Virus record (IMG/VR): IMGVR_UViG_2541047319_000002
DNA length: 64,000 nt
Strand: one strand, 5' to 3'
DNA from: an uncultured virus (IMG/VR IMGVR_UViG_2541047319_000002)
Taxonomy: Duplodnaviria > Heunggongvirae > Uroviricota > Caudoviricetes
The notes below the pieces were generated by a model. It did no database searches. It saw only the letters and a list, made by a program, of their open reading frames with translations, and was not told where the DNA came from. Shown here in pieces: positions 59,070 through 64,000 of the stretch. The first letter of the stretch is position 1, and each line of letters starts with the position of its first letter. The position numbers were made by a program, and so were the translations under genes.

Positions 59070-60182
59070 ATGAACGCTTTTATAAGAAAAAGAAATAAAA
59101 ATTATGTAGTGTACTTAGAATTTAGAGATGATGAATCAGGAAAAAGAAAACAAAAAAATATGGGAGCATTTGATAAAAAAAGAGATGCTAATAAAAGATT
59201 GGCTGAAGTTAAGGACAGTATATATAAAGATAGTTTTCTTGTGCCAAATGAAATCACTCTAGCTGGATTTTTATTAGACTTTCTTGAAAAATATAAAGAT
59301 AATATTTCAGCATCTACATATAAAAGCTATATTGCTATTTGTAAAAATCATATTAATCCTTCTATTGGAAAATATCGTCTTCAAGAGTTGAGAAATATTC
59401 ATATACAGAATTATATAGATGATTTAGCTGGTAACTTAAACCCTCAAACTATTAAAGTACATATAAATGTATTGAGACTTGCAATAAAGAGAGCTTATAG
59501 AATTAAATTAATAAAAGAAAATATTATAGATGGAATAGAAAGTCCAAGAATTAAAAAATTTAAAAATGAAATTTATGATAAAGAGCAGATGCTAAAATTA
59601 TTAGAAGTAGCTAAAGGAACTAATCTTGAGCTTCCTATTAGTTTGGCTATAGGTCTAGGATTGAGACTTTCAGAAGTTTTGGGATTAACTTGGGATAATA
59701 TTGATTTTGATGAAAATACAATAACAGTAAATAAGATAACTAGTAGATTAGATGGTTCTGTTATACTTAAAGAGCCAAAGACAGAAAGCTCTGTTAGAAA
59801 AATATTTGCACCAATAGAGCTTATGAATTTACTAAAAAATTATAGGCTGGAGCAGAATAAGAAGTTATTGAGAAGTATTGTTAGAAATGAATATAACTTA
59901 CTATTTTTTGATAGAAAAGGGAATCCAATTGCTGAAGATGTAATGAGTAAGAAATTTAGAAAATTCTTAGAGAATAATGACTTGCCTCATATTAGATTTC
60001 ATGACTTAAGACATTCGCACGTTACTTTACTTATAAATTCTAAAGTACCTATAAAAGTTATATCTGAAAGGGTAGGACATTCAAATATTAATACTACTCT
60101 TAATGTATATTCTCATGTACTTAAAGAAATGGACAAAGAAGCTTCTGATAGAATATCTGAAAACTTATTTAAGGCTAATTAA
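59070..60182 (+). CDS. int: Tyrosine integrase (ICEBs1/phage type with N-terminal arm-binding domain)
   Basis: GLRLSEV, PKT, FHDLRHSH, GHS, VYSH: complete R-K-H-R-H-Y set. Confidence 0.95.
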   Translation: MNAFIRKRNKNYVVYLEFRDDESGKRKQKNMGAFDKKRDANKRLAEVKDSIYKDSFLVPNEITLAGFLLDFLEKYKDNISASTYKSYIAICKNHINPSIGKYRLQELRNIHIQNYIDDLAGNLNPQTIKVHINVLRLAIKRAYRIKLIKENIIDGIESPRIKKFKNEIYDKEQMLKLLEVAKGTNLELPISLAIGLGLRLSEVLGLTWDNIDFDENTITVNKITSRLDGSVILKEPKTESSVRKIFAPIELMNLLKNYRLEQNKKLLRSIVRNEYNLLFFDRKGNPIAEDVMSKKFRKFLENNDLPHIRFHDLRHSHVTLLINSKVPIKVISERVGHSNINTTLNVYSHVLKEMDKEASDRISENLFKAN

Positions 60183-60250
60183 TAATTATCATCAATAAAT
60201 ACAAAATTAATAATAAAAGCAAAGGTATAAACATAAAGGGGAATTTTTAC

Positions 60251-60279
60251 AAAGCCTTAGAATGGCATATAGAGCGTCA
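60251..60279 (-). repeat. Copy 4 of 29-bp element
   Basis: Reverse complement TGACGCTCTATATGCCATTCTAAGGCTTT. Confidence 0.6.
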
Positions 60280-60418
60280 GATTTTAGAAGATATTAAAAT
60301 TTTATATTTCCAATATTTATGATATAATAAACATAGCAAGGAATAAATATTTGAAAAAAGCTGTGAGTGGTGTTTCCATAGAAATTTCCTCACTTTCTTA
60401 TGAAAGGAGGTGAAAACT

Positions 60419-60553
60419 ATGGAAAATCTAATGATGAGTATTATAGCTGGTGTTATAGCTAGTTATATCTACGATAAATTAAAATGCCACTCTGAGCGAC
60501 CAACTAAGAGTGGCTGGGAACTTAATATTAAGTTCCATAAAAACAAACATTAA
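60419..60553 (+). CDS. Type I toxin, small hydrophobic protein of the C. difficile prophage/CRISPR-associated TA family (44 aa, not in ORF track)
   Basis: GAAAGGAGGTGA RBS; MENLMMSIIAGVIASYIYDKLKCHSERPTKSGWELNIKFHKNKH; 5' UTR complementary to 3' UTR. Confidence 0.8.
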   Translation: MENLMMSIIAGVIASYIYDKLKCHSERPTKSGWELNIKFHKNKH

Positions 60554-60605
60554 TAACTAATTAATGGAAACATCACTCAAAGTTAAGTAAAATATGTTTC
60601 CTTGC
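60480..60605 (-). ncRNA. Putative antisense antitoxin RNA (boundaries approximate)
   Basis: Convergent TGgTATAAT extended -10 at ~60610-60619 on - strand; hairpins CCACTCT..AGAGTGG and GGAACTTAAT-ATTAAGTTCC. Confidence 0.55.
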
Positions 60606-60758
60606 TTTTATTATACCACAAATTAAGAATATTAAAACAAAATTTTGTAAATACATACTTAATTATCAATTTAATCATTTGGAAAAAATTGGATTTGATT
60701 GTATGAAATTATTGCTGTAATATTTAAATTAAATAAACAAATGATGGGAGAGATAATT

Positions 60759-61136
60759 ATGTATTTAAGAAAATTATCAAAGTCAGAATTAATTGTAATG
60801 AAATTTATATGGAATTTAGATACAAAAGTAAAATCATATCAAATCATTAATTATATGAAAGAAAAATATAGTTGGTCAGAAAAAACAACATTAAAAACTT
60901 TATCTAAGTTATCAAATAAAAGGTTCATATATGTTCAAGAAACAAGTCAATGTACATACTATACAATTTCAATTAAAGAAGATAAGTATCATGAATTTAT
61001 ATCACAAAAAATACATAAGCTCTTAGGGTGCAATTCTATAAAAAGCCTTTTAGCATCATTGTTTCAAGAAGAATTAACAGATGAAAAAATAACTTCATTG
61101 GAAGAATGGGTAAAAAACTGGGAAGAAGAGGAATAA
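60759..61136 (+). CDS. BlaI/MecI/CopY-family transcriptional regulator
   Basis: LSKSELIVMKFIW...WSEKTTLKTLSKL...KSLLASL. Confidence 0.85.
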   Translation: MYLRKLSKSELIVMKFIWNLDTKVKSYQIINYMKEKYSWSEKTTLKTLSKLSNKRFIYVQETSQCTYYTISIKEDKYHEFISQKIHKLLGCNSIKSLLASLFQEELTDEKITSLEEWVKNWEEEE

Positions 61137-61276
61137 AGATAATATATACTATTCCTTAAAAATCTATTTAAAGAATAATTGAAATTTTGATTTTAATATA
61201 ATTTCTTTAATCAACTCTAACATACAAAAATAAGACTCTTTTCAATATTAACTAAAGAGCCTTATTTTATAATTGA

Positions 61277-62539
61277 TTATATTTTAGTTAACTTTTGTGT
61301 ATCAAAACTATACTCATATACTTCTAATGTTTCAGAATTTACAATTAGAGTTCCTACTGTTTTAATGCTATCTTCTTTATCAGTATAAGTATCAGAACCA
61401 TCAGTGCTAGATTCATCTTGTTTAACATTTTTAACACTGATTATTTCAAACTCATAGTGTGGAAAATCTATATTTTCAGCTTTTTTATATCTTGAGTTAC
61501 CATAATTATATGTATAACAATATTCATGTGCTTTTGAACCTTTTGCTTTATATATAGCATCTAAAGCTTTTGAGATGTCACTTCTTTTAGTATTACCAGT
61601 TAACATATAATCTGGAGTTAAGCATTGGTCTAAAATTTCATTTTTTATATCACCTATTATTATTGGGAAATTAGCACTAGTAACTAATGATTTGTCATTA
61701 GTTTCATTTACTAAAAATACAGGATATTCTTTGTGTATTGTAGAAGATAATAGTGCATCTATTAAATTATCAGAACTTACAATACATATTTGATTTGGAT
61801 GTTTTAATTCATCTTTATAAAAATGCTTAATTATTTTTTCATTAGTGTCAAGTCTATCAACACCACCAATTCTAGTTGCTTTTGTACTGTTCACTAAAGA
61901 GTCGTTTATTGATGCTGTTCCTCCAATAGCATATGTTTTTACCCCATCTGTTTTAAATGGTATATTCTTTCCATTTGTTAATACAACTGGATTTTTATAT
62001 TTAGCAGCAACTGGAGATATACTTATAGAATCAGCTTCTCCTTGATAAGCATTTGTAAAATATACTTCATCAACCTTTTTTAGATAACTTATCTCTTTTG
62101 CAACATTGTAACTTGTGTCGATTCTGTCTTTGCCTTCTATCCTAATAACCTTTATTTTTTTGTTTTTTAGTATATTTTCTACATTTTTGCTTATAGAATT
62201 AACTCCGCCTATTAAATAGATTTTTTTAAATTTATCTAATCTTTTAAGAGTAGAATTTGGTATAGAATTTTGTTTAGTAAGTAATATCGGCGAGTTAGAA
62301 GCTCCAGCTAAACCACTTGCACTTAATCCATCTGCAAGACTTTTATCTGTATTTATAATTATTGCTTGAGTGTACTTTCTTCTGTCAGCTATTAAACCTG
62401 CTGTTTCATACTTATTTGCTCCTTGTATTCTATGAGCTGGACGTCTAAATTTTAGTTCTTTAGCTGAAACTAATAATGTACTAGACATGACAATAGAAAA
62501 TATTATAGCTAAGGTTAATACTTTTCTTTTGAATTTCAT
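61277..62539 (-). CDS. Cell wall protein with three CWB2 (cell wall binding repeat 2) domains
   Basis: Signal peptide; RIQGANKYETA, ADGLSASGLA, PILL, RIEGKDRIDTS, RIGGVDRLDTN. Confidence 0.92.
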   Translation of the reverse strand: MKFKRKVLTLAIIFSIVMSSTLLVSAKELKFRRPAHRIQGANKYETAGLIADRRKYTQAIIINTDKSLADGLSASGLAGASNSPILLTKQNSIPNSTLKRLDKFKKIYLIGGVNSISKNVENILKNKKIKVIRIEGKDRIDTSYNVAKEISYLKKVDEVYFTNAYQGEADSISISPVAAKYKNPVVLTNGKNIPFKTDGVKTYAIGGTASINDSLVNSTKATRIGGVDRLDTNEKIIKHFYKDELKHPNQICIVSSDNLIDALLSSTIHKEYPVFLVNETNDKSLVTSANFPIIIGDIKNEILDQCLTPDYMLTGNTKRSDISKALDAIYKAKGSKAHEYCYTYNYGNSRYKKAENIDFPHYEFEIISVKNVKQDESSTDGSDTYTDKEDSIKTVGTLIVNSETLEVYEYSFDTQKLTKI

Positions 62540-62709
62540 ATTGTAAAATCCTCCCATCCTTTTATACTATAAATGGTAGTGTATATTGTTTTAGTTGTCA
62601 ACTCTCTCTACATACTTTGTTGTATTATAATTTATAAGTTGATATTTTGTAAAAATAAGGATATTATTTAAGTAGAATATAATTACTATTTTTACAAGGA
62701 GGTTGTGAT

Positions 62710-63480
62710 TTGAGTAGGTATTCTCCTCAAACAAAATATTTTGAAATAGCAGTTAAGTTTAAAAAAGTTAACACATTTTTATTTTGGGTATTTTTTATTT
62801 TATCAATAATATTCACCTTTCAAAATAATAATAATTTAATAACTTGTTTTAGTATTATCTCTCTTATAATACTAAACATGCTTGATATCTTTATTTGTAA
62901 CTATCAAGAAAAAGGAGAATCTAAGAGAAGGAATGATTTTATTGACAACTCATTTGATTGTAAATATTCTACACATAACTCAATAGAATATTATGATAAT
63001 GATGAAATACATTATGGATTATATAAAGCTCTTGTCAATGTATATCAAAATGCTTTTTTCTCTAAAGAAATTTTATCTTATACAAGAAAATTTATAATAA
63101 TAAAAAATGTAATACCATGTATGATAATAGTTATATTTTCATTTATAGGATTCTCAAATAGTAATTTTGCTTTGCCTATATTGCAATTATTTTTCTCAAA
63201 ATATTTTATATTAGACTTAATAAATACTTCTGGATATTTAAAAAATGTAGAATCGGTATTTGATAGCATAACAGATATGTTTGAGACTGGTCTGGTTGCA
63301 AAAAAAGATAACAAGGTAGAATCTAAAATAATAAAAGTTTTAATAAACTATGAAACTAATATCTCTAGTTCAAAGATATTTTTAAATTCTAAAGTATATA
63401 AAAAAATGAACCCTGAATTAACAGGAGAATGGGATAAAATAAAAAAAAGATATAATATAAAAGAGGTGTCAAATATTTGA
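62710..63480 (+). CDS. Four-TM membrane protein, probable CBASS (SMODS-associated 4TM-like) effector
   Basis: Two pairs of hydrophobic helices; stop overlaps the start of the nucleotidyltransferase gene. Confidence 0.6.
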   Translation: MSRYSPQTKYFEIAVKFKKVNTFLFWVFFILSIIFTFQNNNNLITCFSIISLIILNMLDIFICNYQEKGESKRRNDFIDNSFDCKYSTHNSIEYYDNDEIHYGLYKALVNVYQNAFFSKEILSYTRKFIIIKNVIPCMIIVIFSFIGFSNSNFALPILQLFFSKYFILDLINTSGYLKNVESVFDSITDMFETGLVAKKDNKVESKIIKVLINYETNISSSKIFLNSKVYKKMNPELTGEWDKIKKRYNIKEVSNI

Positions 63481-64000
63481 GTGTAAATAGTTATTTAGAA
63501 AATCTATCTCATGAATTAATAATAAGAGATAATGAAAAGGAAAATATAAAAAAATCAATAGAAGTTATTAAGAGTAGGTTAAAATCATATTTTGGAAACA
63601 ATATTGTAGAAACATTTTGTTTTGGCTCTTATACCAGAGGAACTATGCTGCCTAGAAAAGTAAATGAAAATTCGGATGTAGATTACATGGTAGTTTTTTC
63701 AAATAGTTTTTTATATGCTCCACAGACTTTACTAAATAAACTTAGAGATTTTGTGAGAACATATTACTCTAAGTCTGAAATATACCAGTCTAATCCAACA
63801 ATAGTCTTAGAGTTGAATCATATAAAATTTGAATTAGTTCCAGCATATTCTAATAATATGTATCTTTGGCAAGAAAATCACTATAGAATACCTGCAAAAG
63901 CCTCTAATTATAACGACTGGATAGATACATGTCCAGATGATATTAATAGTAGATTGACTAGACTAAATGTTGAATCAAATAATAAATTAAAACCTGCAAT
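63477..64000 (+). CDS. SMODS/cGAS-DncV-like nucleotidyltransferase (CD-NTase), partial at window end; not in ORF track
   Basis: TTG start after GAGGTG: MSVNSYLENL...FGSYTRGTMLPRK...SDVDYMVVF...PTIVLELNHIKFELVPA. Confidence 0.85.
   Translation, partial: MSVNSYLENLSHELIIRDNEKENIKKSIEVIKSRLKSYFGNNIVETFCFGSYTRGTMLPRKVNENSDVDYMVVFSNSFLYAPQTLLNKLRDFVRTYYSKSEIYQSNPTIVLELNHIKFELVPAYSNNMYLWQENHYRIPAKASNYNDWIDTCPDDINSRLTRLNVESNNKLKPA

Noticed and set aside
1915..63314. Short opposite-strand ORFs in the track (e.g. 1915-2106, 4171-4383, 6285-6488, 22223-22441, 36908-37246, 52528-52971, 56481-56672, 61845-62045, 63078-63314)
   Set aside because: They are shadow frames overlapping well-supported genes and lack an RBS or recognisable motifs.
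1..64000. tRNA/rRNA genes and virion structural genes
   Set aside because: None recognised; structural genes, if present, lie outside this window.

Overview
Very AT-rich, mostly + strand segment of a large Clostridioides/Clostridium phage-plasmid. It resembles the phiCD211/phiCDIF1296T-like extrachromosomal prophages of C. difficile; this is an inference from gene content (stand-alone cas3, yyaC, a CWB2 cell-wall protein and a C. difficile-type type I toxin). Left to right it contains: early hypothetical genes; a stand-alone Cas3 with an intact HD nuclease but eroded helicase motifs; a catalytically degenerate tyrosine-recombinase-fold protein (MrpR/YopR-like); a plasmid replicon (two Rep-like genes flanking six iterons); a tandem XRE-repressor/small-protein switch behind a LexA-box promoter; an antirepressor; and a long array of short accessory genes. 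That array includes Tpt1/KptA, nrdDG, RtcB and methyltransferases, plus an SPbeta-like replication module (frameshifted dnaE, SSB, ERF, DnaB-like helicase, primase, PD-(D/E)XK nuclease, RuvC, gmk, dUTPase). The right end has a degenerate ISL3 transposase, a tyrosine integrase, a type I TA locus, a BlaI regulator, a CWB2 protein and a CBASS-like pair (4TM effector plus SMODS nucleotidyltransferase, cut by the window end). The most striking unexplained structure is an 18-bp palindrome, WTAAAA-N6-TTTTAW, with a variable 6-bp core. I found 17 perfect and about 10 near-perfect copies, essentially all at gene junctions between a stop codon and the next RBS, which suggests an integron-like single-gene cassette system. 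All calls come from motif reading by eye; no database searches were run.
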